A DNA stretch of 64,000 bases from an uncultured bacterium (GTDB lineage Bacteria > Chloroflexota > UBA5177 > JANWHV01), in NCBI GenBank assembly GCA_963827235.1, contig CAWHAE010000012.1:1440001-1504000 (forward strand). Reading direction: 5' to 3'. Made by a program: the position numbers and the translations under genes. Under the pieces are notes generated by a model. It was not told the origin of the DNA. It did no database searches and was given only the letters and a program-made list of their open reading frames with translations. This document shows positions 9,746-20,400 of the stretch, one piece after another; the first letter of the stretch is position 1, and each line of letters opens with the position of its first letter.

Positions 9746-11185
9746 ATGAGACAACGCGTACGCCCATCCACGTTGCTTGCCCCGGTTGTGCTCGCCCTGC
9801 TCACGGTGGCGATGGTTCATCCGGTGTACGCCGAACGGCAGTCAGCACACTCGGGTGTGGTGTCAACTATCGCCGGCACCGGGCCCCTGGCCCCGCCGGC
9901 CGCGGCACAGGCATTTGAGATGCCGAGAACCAACGGCCGCTCGCCCGGGTTGCTGCCCAACCCTGCCGCACCGCCTTCAGAGGCACTGATCAAGCCAATC
10001 ATCGCGCCGTCCCCGATACCCGTGCGACCAGTCGGACCTGTCAACGCTCCCGGTACGTACGTGCTGCAGGCGACCACGTCGTCGGTAAGCGTGAAATGGT
10101 ATGACCGCTCCGACAACGAGCTGGGATTCAGAGTGTTCCGCCGCGACACGTCGGGCAACTGGCAGATGGTCTACCAGGTCGCGAGCCGCGACATGCATGG
10201 CTTTGGAACCGGTACCAACTTCGACTACACCTGGGTGGATACCAGCACCAACATCAGCGGCCAATGCTACAAGATCGCCGCCTACAACATCACAAACGCC
10301 GGCGATACCGCCGAGGAGTGCACCGTGCGCCCGGACCCCAGCCGATTTCCGCAAACGGTCTCCGTCACCGTGCCATCGTGGAGCGGGTTGAGCGACACCA
10401 ATGACGGCACCGGCAGTCTGGTGAACACGGACATCGAGCAGAATCTGAAGTACGGCGAACGAACCTGGGGTGTCAATCTGACCTGGGGGAACAGCTCGCT
10501 CTGGCGGGTCGAGGCGCAGGGCGGGCCGCATCTGATGAAAGGGCAGGCCGTGGCGCTCAAGGTTTGGGGCGGCGGCTGGCTGAAGTACGGCAACCAGACC
10601 TTCGGTGTGGACTTGCAGCTGTCGGCCACACCGGTCTACGAATGGTACGCCATCGGACTGAAGAATGATCCCAGCAAGCGGACATGGGCCGGATCGAGCC
10701 TGACGGACGGTGGGTCGTTCGCACTCTGGAACAGCTCAGCACACCTGTACCTCGTCCCCGGTTACCAGACCTGGGGCATCGGCCTCCAATGGTACGACGG
10801 GGCCTTGACGTCTCCTGCCCCGACACCAGTCCCGACCCACGGCGTGAAGACCGAGCGGGTGTTGAACTGTTCGGTCGACCAGCAACCGGTCGAGGTGTGG
10901 ATCGCCGATCAGACGGCCGGAGGCGGGTTCGTCGACAAGGGCCGAGTCGACGAGCAGTACGGGTCGGACGGCTGCCCTACCGCCGGCAGCGTGCCGCTCA
11001 CTTTCAGCCCGCTGTCCGGTCATCACTATCTGCTGGTCGCCACCGACAGTGCGTTGCCCGGCTGTGACGGCAGTAACGACCCGCAGCAGGGCGAGTGCCA
11101 GAAGATGACCGTGCAGTTCGACGGTGACGCGAACGGCTTCACGCGCACCGACATCGTCGACGACGGCACCGTGATCACACCGTGA
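9746..11185 (+). CDS. Secreted protein with FN3-like domain and triple YG/PG-x-x-T-W/F-G repeat domain
   Basis: Signal peptide MRQRVRPSTLLAPVVLALLTVAMVHPVYA; SVKWYDRSDNELGFRVFRR...CYKIAAYN (FN3-like); RBS GGGAG. Confidence 0.8.
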   Translation: MRQRVRPSTLLAPVVLALLTVAMVHPVYAERQSAHSGVVSTIAGTGPLAPPAAAQAFEMPRTNGRSPGLLPNPAAPPSEALIKPIIAPSPIPVRPVGPVNAPGTYVLQATTSSVSVKWYDRSDNELGFRVFRRDTSGNWQMVYQVASRDMHGFGTGTNFDYTWVDTSTNISGQCYKIAAYNITNAGDTAEECTVRPDPSRFPQTVSVTVPSWSGLSDTNDGTGSLVNTDIEQNLKYGERTWGVNLTWGNSSLWRVEAQGGPHLMKGQAVALKVWGGGWLKYGNQTFGVDLQLSATPVYEWYAIGLKNDPSKRTWAGSSLTDGGSFALWNSSAHLYLVPGYQTWGIGLQWYDGALTSPAPTPVPTHGVKTERVLNCSVDQQPVEVWIADQTAGGGFVDKGRVDEQYGSDGCPTAGSVPLTFSPLSGHHYLLVATDSALPGCDGSNDPQQGECQKMTVQFDGDANGFTRTDIVDDGTVITP

Positions 11186-11387
11186 GCCACGGTGAAGCCA
11201 GGGTGGAACCTGCAGACGCAGTGCGAGAGGTAATAGGCCAGGATGGATTGGTGCGCGCGCCGGTGAGTGCTGTGATCGCGGTGATGCCGGCGTGAAGCGT
11301 ATCTACTGCGCAGTGGAAAGATCTAGCGAACGGCAAGGCTCATTTATCGTGGCCGGCGGCGACCGGCGGCTGGGGAGGCTATGCACC

Positions 11388-12524
11388 ATGATTCTGCTAC
11401 GACCGGTTTATTCGATGGGCGTCCGAGCAATGCTGGTCGTGTTAACGCTGACGGTGACTGGTCTTGAGCAGTCTCATGCCGTCATGCGGGCACTGAGCGC
11501 GCCGCTCGGCACGTCGTCGGCGATCAGTGCTACTGCGCCCCTCTCATCGCGGACCGTCTATGTGGGCTCAGAGGACGGCAATCTCTATGCCCTCGATGCC
11601 CAAACTGGACGCCCTCGGTGGCACTTCGCGACTGGAGGTGCCGTTGACTCCTCCCCGACCGTAGCAGCTGGAGTGGTGTACGTCGGTTCGAACGACCACA
11701 ATGCCTACGCCATCGATGCCCGCACCGGCCGCGAGCTCTGGCACTTCAAGACGGGATTCACTATCAAGGCGTCCCCGATTGTGGCGGCTGGGATCGTGTA
11801 TGTGGGCTCGTATGATCAATATCTCTACGCGCTGGATGCCCGGACCGGTCATCTGCGTTGGCGCTTCTCAACCCATAGCATGACCAACACACCCGCCGTA
11901 GCCACCGGAGTGGTTTATGTCGGCTCCCTTAGCATCCTTAACCCAGGTGGCAGCTTTTATGCCCTGGATGCCCAGACCGGTCACCCCCGCTGGCATGTCG
12001 ACACGGACGATATCCTGGACTCTTCTCCCAAGTTGGCGGCCGGCGTAGTCTACGTTGGCTCGTCGTCCGGCCATTTCCTCTACGCTCTAGATAGCCGGAC
12101 CGGGCGTGTGCTCTGGCGCTTCCAGGCGGGGGAAGCGATGGAGTCTTCACCCACAGTGGCGGCCGGGGTGGTTTATGTCGGGTCGGACGACGGCAACGTC
12201 TACGCTGTCGACGCACTGACGGGCCATCAGCGCTGGCGCTTCCGGACAGGGGACTTGGTCGAGTCAGCACCCGCGGTGACGGCCGGGGTGGTCTACGTCG
12301 GCTCGGAGAATGGTTATCTCTACGCCCTCGACGGCCGCACCGGCCGCCAGCGCTGGCGCCTTGAGACGGGCGGCGACATAGTCTCTTCGCCCGCGGTGGC
12401 GGCCGGGATGGTCTACCTTGGCTCGGACGACTCGCGGGTCTACGCCGTAGACGCACAGACCGGTCGTCAGCGCTGGCACTTCCTTACAGGAGACCACGTG
12501 GTGTCATCACCAGCCATCGGCTGA
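11388..12524 (+). CDS. Secreted PQQ-like (BamB-type) beta-propeller repeat protein
   Basis: About 8 repeats of VYVGSxDGxxYALDAxTGxxRWxF..SSP; hydrophobic N-terminus. Confidence 0.88.
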   Translation: MILLRPVYSMGVRAMLVVLTLTVTGLEQSHAVMRALSAPLGTSSAISATAPLSSRTVYVGSEDGNLYALDAQTGRPRWHFATGGAVDSSPTVAAGVVYVGSNDHNAYAIDARTGRELWHFKTGFTIKASPIVAAGIVYVGSYDQYLYALDARTGHLRWRFSTHSMTNTPAVATGVVYVGSLSILNPGGSFYALDAQTGHPRWHVDTDDILDSSPKLAAGVVYVGSSSGHFLYALDSRTGRVLWRFQAGEAMESSPTVAAGVVYVGSDDGNVYAVDALTGHQRWRFRTGDLVESAPAVTAGVVYVGSENGYLYALDGRTGRQRWRLETGGDIVSSPAVAAGMVYLGSDDSRVYAVDAQTGRQRWHFLTGDHVVSSPAIG

Positions 12525-12593
12525 CACACGAGACAGAACGTGACACCACGCACATGGGTGAACAGCCCATACATGTATTCAAGGGATACTTCG

Positions 12594-13040
12594 ATGCATC
12601 TACCACGAATCGGCGCCCTCACACTCGCTCTTGCCTTGGCAAGCGGTAGTGCCGGACTACATGTCCTGGCTGCCCCGACCGAGGCTATCACTACCGACGT
12701 CGACATGTCGTCGTGTGCGACGCAGCCTGCCACCTTCAGCGTGCAGACCGTGCATGGGATCTCAGTCGTCAGTCCGGTGCGGCTGGTGGTGTTCGGGAAC
12801 TGTTTCGAACAGGGAGCCTCGATCACGATCTGGGACTCCCGCAGTGATGTCTCCCTGACCAACGGCTGGCATTTCCTGCCGGCCAATTCCGCCGAGCAAG
12901 TCCGCTACACGGTGCCCAATGCCGTATGTCACCACCTGCTGGAGGTCAGAGTTCTGGATGTCGCACGAAACAGCCTCGCGCTCGGCAACGGGAAGGTCTA
13001 CGGCCCATGCCAGTCGCCACCGCCCGTGCTCAACTTGTGA
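12594..13040 (+). CDS. Secreted hypothetical protein
   Basis: Signal peptide MHLPRIGALTLALALASGSAG; AAGGGA RBS; four Cys. Confidence 0.65.
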   Translation: MHLPRIGALTLALALASGSAGLHVLAAPTEAITTDVDMSSCATQPATFSVQTVHGISVVSPVRLVVFGNCFEQGASITIWDSRSDVSLTNGWHFLPANSAEQVRYTVPNAVCHHLLEVRVLDVARNSLALGNGKVYGPCQSPPPVLNL

Positions 13041-13243
13041 GACACGGCGTTCGGGCATCCCACCACGCTGTTAGTCCCCGTGGCGAACGTGGGCGCCTAT
13101 CCAGAATGCCGTGACGCTGATCGGTCCAGCTCGGGCGCTGAATCGCCAGCCGAAGTTCGACGAGCACCGCAGGGACGTTGCACGAACTGCTGCCGGTTTC
13201 CCCCATGAGGTAACCGGCAGCAGCCAGTAGTAGGAGAAATGAC

Positions 13244-13651
13244 ATGATCGACGTCCAGTTACGCCCCAGCGTGCCGGGCTGTGTGACGATGCCCCTGGGC
13301 TGCCTATCGCTCGGTCTGGTCCCGCTCCTGACGCTCTGGGGGGAGCGCCACTTCGCTCGGCGCATGGACCAGGCCGGCGTGGTGACGCGCGGGGGCAAGC
13401 GAATCGCCTGGAGCGAGTTCACGAGCATCAAGCGGGCCCAGGGCGTCGTTGGACCCGGACGGCGCGTTCTGCAGGTGAATGTTTCCGACGACCTCTACTC
13501 GCCCACGACCCACGCCACATCCGATGAGTACGTGCTGCGGTCGCCCAAGGGCCGGGTTTCCGTGCCATTTTGGCGGGCGGCGAACGGGGACGAGGTGCGC
13601 GCGTTCACGCTAGAGCACGTGCCGGCGAACCTGCTGCCGCCGAAGCCGTAG
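13244..13651 (+). CDS. Hypothetical membrane-anchored protein (PH-like)
   Basis: Strong RBS TAGGAGAA; TM segment LGCLSLGLVPLLTLW then MDQAGVVTRGGKRIAWSEF pattern. Confidence 0.65.
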   Translation: MIDVQLRPSVPGCVTMPLGCLSLGLVPLLTLWGERHFARRMDQAGVVTRGGKRIAWSEFTSIKRAQGVVGPGRRVLQVNVSDDLYSPTTHATSDEYVLRSPKGRVSVPFWRAANGDEVRAFTLEHVPANLLPPKP

Positions 13652-13717
13652 GGCAGGGCAGCTACGTCGCAGAGGCGGCATCCCAGCCGCCGAACTGCTG
13701 GCCGAGGGAGGGCAAGA

Positions 13718-14901
13718 ATGCACATCACCTGGGTTCACGCCAGCCTGGTAGTTGCCGTGCTGCTGCTCAACGGGCTCGCCCCGGCGACCGGCCGTGCCCA
13801 GACGCCGCAGCCGGCCGCTGACCTGCGACAGGCGCTGACCATGGCCCCGATCACCGCCAGCACGGTCTCCTTCACGGACTGGGCACTGCTCAAGCAGTAC
13901 GAGGGGGCCAGCGGGCTGACCAGCAAGAGCGGCGCGCAGGACCGCCTGCGCTTCATCTTGTCGCTCACCAAGGACCAGGCCGAGGCCTCGGCCTATGGCT
14001 TGAGCTATTTCGTGGGGCACGCCACAGCCTGGGGCTGGGACTCCACCGACCTGCTCTGGGAGATCAACGTCCAGACCGCCAGTGGGAGCCCGGCCTATGT
14101 GCTCCGGTTCCGCGACGATTTCGACTTCGCCCCGGTGGTCGCGCACTTCATCAAGCGCGGCTTCAGCAGGAACGAGTATCATGGCGTGCCGATCTACTCC
14201 CACAACCTGGATTTCACTGCCAGTTGGGCCACCTCCAGCGACCTGGCCATATTCAATACCGCCGTGCTGGCGACGAAACGGACGCTCGTGCTCTCCGGCT
14301 CGGCGGAGTCCGTGCGCGGTGTCCTCGACGTCATCCGTGGTGCAGCCCCCGCGCTCACCGGGGATCGCTGGACACCGGCCACCATCAGCCGGCTGGACAC
14401 GATGGCCGCGGCCATGATCCTGCCGGGCGCCGGAGCCTGCCCCCGGATCTCGGCGCGGCGCTGCTCGCCAAGGGGTACGAGCATTCGGTGATGGGCGCGC
14501 TGCTGAAGGAGCTCCACCCATACGTGGAGCTTGGCATCGGCTACCGTGACGAGGGTGGCCGCCCGGTGGGGCTGCTGGTTATGCACTACCTGAACGCCAG
14601 GGAGGCGAAGGCGGATCTGGTGCCGCGCCGCTCGCTGGCGCAGAACGGCTTTAGCAGCGTGGACCAAAGGCCATACCGTGATGTGCTCTTCACGGTCGCG
14701 AGCGCCGCGGTGGCGGGCAGCGACCTGGTGCTGCAACTGCACCCGGTTGGCAACAAGCCACAGCATCTCTTTGAGATGGCCGATAACCGAGATATGCTCT
14801 TTGCGGCGTGCCCCCCTACCACGGTACAGGACCGACGACGACCCGCGTGGAGTGAGGGAGGTAGAGCAAACGACGGCTCTACCCCCGGCGGCCCGTGTTA
14901 G
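13718..14901 (+). CDS. Secreted hypothetical protein with apparent frameshift near 14443
   Basis: Signal peptide plus coding-like frame to PGAGAC; continuation PPDLGAALLAKG..NRDMLFAAC in another frame; junction is a C-run (TGCCCCCGG). Confidence 0.7.
14857..14885. terminator. Stem-loop between convergent genes
   Basis: GGTAGAGC-AAACGACG-GCTCTACC. Confidence 0.45.
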
Positions 14902-15061
14902 GGTACTGAAACGTAGTGCAGCCAGGTGCGCCCATCATCACTGCTTCGATAGACTCCCTGCGCGGCCCCCGCGTAGGCGGTGCGACCGTCGGGGGCCGCG
15001 AGCAGCGCCCAGATCTGCGGGTCGTCGTTCCCCGTGCTGCCGGGCACCGGTGCCCAGCTCC
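14895..15061. repeat. ~166 bp direct repeat, left copy (3' end of a BNR-repeat gene); partner 29922..30087
   Basis: Encodes WAPVPG..NDDPQ(I/V)WALLAAPDGRTAYAGAAQGVYRSSDDGRTWL..VS.P*; roughly 9-10 differences including one indel. Confidence 0.95.
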
Positions 15062-15857
15062 CTTCCTGCCTCACCCGGCGGAACGGTTCGTCGCCACCAT
15101 TTTCGGGCGCGCCCGAGATGTGGCGCCATCCCATCGCTCCCACCGCAAGTGCGGCGACATACTCAGACGCGACTGGTAGGTCCAGGATCAATATCGGGTG
15201 GGCCTCGCCGTCATCGCCTGCCAACCGGTGCAACCGGTCACTTTGGCCCTGGATCGGGGCTACCGTTATCTCACGAGGGGAGCGGCTGAGTCCCTCGCCG
15301 AGGGCTTTCATGGCGGCTTCCTTGCGCGTCCATGCCACGAGGAAGGCCGTGAGCCTGTCGCACGACGGAAGGGAGCAATACACACTGTACTCCCGATCTC
15401 CCATCACGGATTGGGCGAGAGGGTCAAGGTCGGGTATTTGGCGTCTGTATTCGACATCTACGCCGAGCGGACACGACCTGGCGACTGCGAGCAGCCCAAG
15501 CTCCCGGGAGTGGGATACGTTGAAGCAGAGCCTGTGCAGATGACGGCCCGCCAGCTCTGGTTTTCCGTGGGGCGAATACCGGAACACTATCTGGCTTGGG
15601 TCGTCGTCGAGATAGGCGCCGAGGATCGCGCGCAGGAGCCCTCTGGCTACGACAAACCGTCTTCTATCCGCCTCGAAGTGAAAGCCGCCGGCGCGTCGGA
15701 GCTCCTCCGGCGACAGCATTGTCTCAAGCCGGCTGATACACGCTGAGGGCTGATCGAGGCGAGCGTGCCAGAGGTGAACCTCGTTCAAGCGCAGGGGCCG
15801 GCGCTGCACGGGGTTATCAGTAAGCCACAATCCGTTCGTCGGAACATGGGGCATCAT
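14898..15857 (-). CDS. Sfp/HetI-type 4'-phosphopantetheinyl transferase with a foreign BNR-repeat C-terminal tail
   Basis: EVHLW, LSPEE..RA..F, GKPEL, FNVSHS, GVDVE, WTRKEA motifs; last ~55 aa come from the direct repeat; start uncertain. Confidence 0.9.
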   Translation of the reverse strand: MMPHVPTNGLWLTDNPVQRRPLRLNEVHLWHARLDQPSACISRLETMLSPEELRRAGGFHFEADRRRFVVARGLLRAILGAYLDDDPSQIVFRYSPHGKPELAGRHLHRLCFNVSHSRELGLLAVARSCPLGVDVEYRRQIPDLDPLAQSVMGDREYSVYCSLPSCDRLTAFLVAWTRKEAAMKALGEGLSRSPREITVAPIQGQSDRLHRLAGDDGEAHPILILDLPVASEYVAALAVGAMGWRHISGAPENGGDEPFRRVRQEGSWAPVPGSTGNDDPQIWALLAAPDGRTAYAGAAQGVYRSSDDGRTWLHYVSVP

Positions 15858-15940
15858 GGCCGGCCACACGCTTGAGCCTTGTCCAGGCAAGCCGCCACTT
15901 GTCGCGACGGCACCCTGGAAGTGGGCTCGCTCTTTCGCTC

Positions 15941-17287
15941 TCACAATGGGACGTGTCGGCGGTGCAGGGTCATGCGCATCCCGAACCTGGGTCGCAGGGT
16001 GAGTCGCGGCTGCAATGCTACGGGATGGCCCTTCGCCAGGCTCAACTGCCAGCGCTGTGCCACGATGGCCACGGTCAGCATCGCCATCGTGCGGGCGTAT
16101 TGCTCGCCAATGCAGCGCCTGTGTCCGGCCCCGAAGGGGTAGTACGCGTATGATGGGTGCAAGGTCTCGTTCCCTCGCAGCCAACGCTCAGGCACGAATA
16201 CATCGGGATCGGGGTGGTAGCGAGAGTCGCGGTGCACAGCGTAGGGGCACAACGACACGCTGTCCCCAGTCTGCACAACATGGCCTCCCACGGTGCAGTC
16301 GGCGACGGCCCGGCGCGGGATGGCCCAGGCTGGTGGATAGAGGCGCAGCGTCTCGGCGAATACAGCTTCGGTATAGGGCAGGCGCGGCAGATCATCCAGA
16401 CTCGGCATCCGTCCTTCTAGGACGGCAGAAAGTTCGTCGTGAAGGGTCGCCTCGCATCGCGGATATCGCGAGAGCAGGTACCAGGTCCAGGTAAGCGCCA
16501 TGGCCGTAGTCTCGTAACCGGCCACGATGATCGTGATCAACTCGTCGCGCACCTGAGCATCAGGCATCCCTGTCCCGTCACCCTCTCTGTCTTGGGCCTG
16601 GAGCAGGATGGAAAGCACATCTCCTTGATCCGTGCCGGAGGCGCGACGCGCACGAATCTTCTCGTCGATCAGATAGCGCAGGCGACGCACCGCCTCTCGA
16701 CGACGGCGCCCGGCCGGCAGCGGCGATCGCTCGCGTAGCCGGGCGAAGGGCAACGCGAACGACGAGAAATCCTTCTGCAGAGTCGTGAACAGCGACCCGA
16801 TCTCCCGCGCATCCTCCTCAATGTCCATATTGAGCAGCGTCCTGCCCACAACGGTTAGGTTCAGGTGTGACATCTCCTCAGCCACGTCGATGGTTGCGCC
16901 GTCGCGCCAGCGCTCGCTCGTGCGCGTGATGGCGCCAGTCATCATCTCACTATAGATACCGAAGCGCCTGCGATGGAAAGCCGGCTGGATCAGCCGCCGC
17001 TGGCGCTCATGAAAGGCACCCTCACTGGTGAGCAATCCCTCGCCAAAGAAGACCTTGGTGGCCTGAAGACTGCGACCCTTGGCAAAGGCGTTCTGCTGCG
17101 TCACCAGCACCTCTTTCACCAGATCAGGGTGGTTGAGCATGAAGACGCGTACCGGGCCGATGTGGGCACAGGCGTGGCCGCCGTACGTGCGATACACATC
17201 GACAATGAAGCCAAACGGATCTGTATAAGCGGGAAGAAGGCTGCCGATGAACGGCAGTCCCTTTGGCCCGGGAATGGCGGAAGCCAT
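15941..17287 (-). CDS. Cytochrome P450
   Basis: PGPKGLPFIG, I-helix AGYETT, ETLR (ExxR), PERW, heme motif PFGAGHRRCIG; alternative start GTG 17422. Confidence 0.95.
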   Translation of the reverse strand: MASAIPGPKGLPFIGSLLPAYTDPFGFIVDVYRTYGGHACAHIGPVRVFMLNHPDLVKEVLVTQQNAFAKGRSLQATKVFFGEGLLTSEGAFHERQRRLIQPAFHRRRFGIYSEMMTGAITRTSERWRDGATIDVAEEMSHLNLTVVGRTLLNMDIEEDAREIGSLFTTLQKDFSSFALPFARLRERSPLPAGRRRREAVRRLRYLIDEKIRARRASGTDQGDVLSILLQAQDREGDGTGMPDAQVRDELITIIVAGYETTAMALTWTWYLLSRYPRCEATLHDELSAVLEGRMPSLDDLPRLPYTEAVFAETLRLYPPAWAIPRRAVADCTVGGHVVQTGDSVSLCPYAVHRDSRYHPDPDVFVPERWLRGNETLHPSYAYYPFGAGHRRCIGEQYARTMAMLTVAIVAQRWQLSLAKGHPVALQPRLTLRPRFGMRMTLHRRHVPL

Positions 17288-17476
17288 CGGAGCGAATCTC
17301 CCCAGTATTGCAGAGCACCGCGCGACGCGGGAAGATAGACGCGTGCACGCGCAGCGTATCCCGTCCAGGTGCAGCCTCCACAGCAGCAATATCAGTGCCG
17401 AGATCAACGCACGGGTCTTCACAGCCCCACTCCTTACGCTGACCAAGCCGTCAAACGTGCTTTTCGCCTTCGCTCC

Positions 17477-20400
17477 TCAGGTGGCCGGGTTGCGCGGCTC
17501 ACGCTGCGCGCGGAAGATGCCGGCGAGGCGCTCAATAGTCGGCCCTTCATACAGTTGTGAGAGCGATACGGCGGCACCCAGGCGCTTCTCCATCCGGGCG
17601 AGCATGCGCACGGCCAGAAGAGAATGTCCTCCCAGATCGAAGAAGTCGCTCATCGTGCCAATCGGGCGCACGTCCAATAGCGATTCCCAGATGCCAGCGA
17701 GTTCCGTCTCGACGGCATCGCGCGGGGCGACATAGCCGTCATACACACCCGTCTGTTCTCGGTCCGGTGGTGGTAGCATGCTCTGGTCGATTTTGCCATT
17801 GGATAGGCGAGGCAGCATCTCAAGGTGCACGAAGGCTGCAGGAATCATCGGGCTGGGCAACCTCTCTCTCAGGAAGCGCCGCAGTTGGACGTCGTCAGGC
17901 GCGTGTGACCCGTCGACCACCAAATACGCGACAAGCTGCTGCTCAGAGTCTGCACGCTGCCGTACAGCCACGACCTCTGCGTCTCGGACAGCAGGGTGAT
18001 CCAGGAGGGCGGTTGCGATCTCAGCCGGTTCGATGCGCATGCCGCGGTTCTTGATCTGGTGGTCGAGGCGACCACGAAACTCGATTGTACCGTCGGGAAG
18101 GAATCGCGCCATGTCTCCGGTTCGGTATAGCCGCTCACCCGGCGCATCCGCGAACGGCATGGGAATGAACCGCTCGGCAGTGAGCTCTGGGCGGTTGAGG
18201 TAGCCAACGGCAAGCCCGGCGCCACCAATCAGTAGCTCGCCGGGTACCCCGATAGGAACCGGCTGCAAATTGGCGTCGACCATGTAGACCTGCGTGTTGA
18301 CGATCGGCCGGCCGATCGGCACCGTGCGCCGACCATCTCCGCGCCGGCATGTCCAGCTTGTCGTATCGATCGTCGCCTCGCTGGGCCCGTAGAGGTTCGT
18401 CAGGGTTGCCGCGGACAGGGCATGGAACCGGTCCTGTAGGTTGGGCCTCAGAACTTCCCCGCCGCAGAACACGCGACGGAGCGAGTGGCATGCCGCGAAC
18501 CCCGGAGTTTCCAGAAGCATCTCCAGGACGGATGGGACTACCTGCATGGCGGTTACCGCGCTCGCCGCAATCAGCGCCGTGAGGTAGGCGGGGTCGCGAT
18601 GACCACCGGGTCTTGGCAGCACGATCCGCGCTCCGACCGACAGGGGACCTAATAGCTCCCAGACCGATGGGTCAAACGTGATCGGCGTGCGCTGCAGGAC
18701 GGCGTCCGTCGCCGACAACGGGAAGGCCATCTGGCGCCAGCGAACCTGGTTGCAGATAGCGCGATGTGGAACCATCACGCCCTTGGGGCGTCCGGTCGAT
18801 CCCGAAGTGTAGATCACATAGGCCAGGTGATCAGGCGTCGCGTCGACGAGCGGTCTGTCGGTGGACTCTTTACGGATCATCCCTTGCTCCTCGGCGAGCG
18901 CCAGCACCTCCATCCCCGGAACTGAGAGCGGCGCAGCCAAACGGGCCTGCGTCAGGAGCACTCGCGGCTGCGCATCCTGCAGAATGAGCGCTCTGTAGTG
19001 TTCGGGATCGCCGGGATCCAGCGGGAGATACGCGCCGCCGACCTTGTGGCATCCGATGATGGATGCAAGCAATTCCGGGGAGGGGTCCAGGCAGATGGCC
19101 ACGAGATCGCCCAGTCCCACGTTAAGCCGGCGCAAACGGTTCGCGAGTTGATTGGCCCAGCGGTCCAGCGCGCCGTAGGTAAGGCAGCCGCCGTCGTGCA
19201 CCAGCGCGACCGCATCGGGTGTCGCCTCAACCTGCGCCTCGAACAGCTTGTGCATGCATTTGGCCTCCCCGAGGTCTGCCTCGGTAGCATTCCAGTCGCG
19301 CAGCATTCGGCGCCGCTCGGGTGTTGTCAAGAGTGGCAGGTCCGAGATATGCCGCTCGGGCTGCTCGACGATGCCCTCGAGGAGGGTACTGAGATGCCCG
19401 GCCATCCGCTCGATGGTTTCCGTGTCGAAGAGGTCGGTGCTATAGACCAATCGGGCGCTCAGGCCTGCATCGAGCTCGAAGAACAGCGTCAGGTCAAACA
19501 GCGACGTGCCGGTCTCGATGTTCAGCGCGCTCAGCTCCAAGTCCGCCATCTTCATCTCTTGCAGGCGAAGGTTGTGCAGGATCATCATCGACTGGATCAG
19601 CGGCATCTGTTCCAGGCCGCGCCGCGGCTGGAGCGCTGCGACTACCCGCTCGAAGGGGACATCCTGGTACGCCAGGGCGCCGAGCGTTACCACGCGTACC
19701 CGTGCGAGCAACTCGCGGAAGGTAGGGTTTCCTGCCAGGTCCGTGCGTAGTACCAGCGTATTCATGAAGCAGCCGATGGCCGTCTCAGTTCCTGGTGCGC
19801 CGCGCGTCAGGATCGGTGTGCCCACGCTGATATCGCCGTCGCCCGAGTAGCGGTGGAGCAGTGTCTGATACGCCGCAAGCAGCGTCATGAACAGCGTCAC
19901 GCCCTCGCGCCGGCTGAGATCCTGCAGCGCTTTGTGCAGATGCGATGAAAGCTCCATGTAGTGGGTGCCGCCGTCTGGTGTTCGTACCACCGAGCGCGGT
20001 CGGTCGATCGGCAGGCGCAGCGTGGTTGGTGCGCCGGCGAGCCGCTCCTTCCAATAGGTGAGCTGGGACTCCATGGCTGGGTCCTGGAGGCGCTGTTGCT
20101 GCCAACGCACGTAGTCCTGGTACTGGTACGAAGGCTCGGACAGCGGAGAAAGATTGCCGCCGACGAACGCCTCGTAGTGGCTTGCGATGTCGCGAAGCAG
20201 CAGGACGCCGATGGTGCTGTCGCAGATCAGGTGATGGATGGTCATCAGGACGACGTGCTTGGTTTCAGCCAAGCGAAGCACCTTCGCGCGCAGCAGCGGA
20301 GGCCGTCCCAGGTCAAACGGCGCCTCAAAGGCGCATCTGGCCAGCTGATAGATCTCAGCCTCATGCTTATCCGGAGCAAGCATGCTCAGATCCACCGTTT

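Noticed and set aside
11388-12524. PQQ-dependent dehydrogenase or true BamB
   Set aside because: Pure short repeats without catalytic insertions or lipobox; only the fold can be called
15857-16184. N-terminal extension of the PPTase ORF to 16184
   Set aside because: Overlaps the P450 3' end on the same strand; PPTase similarity begins near EVHLW
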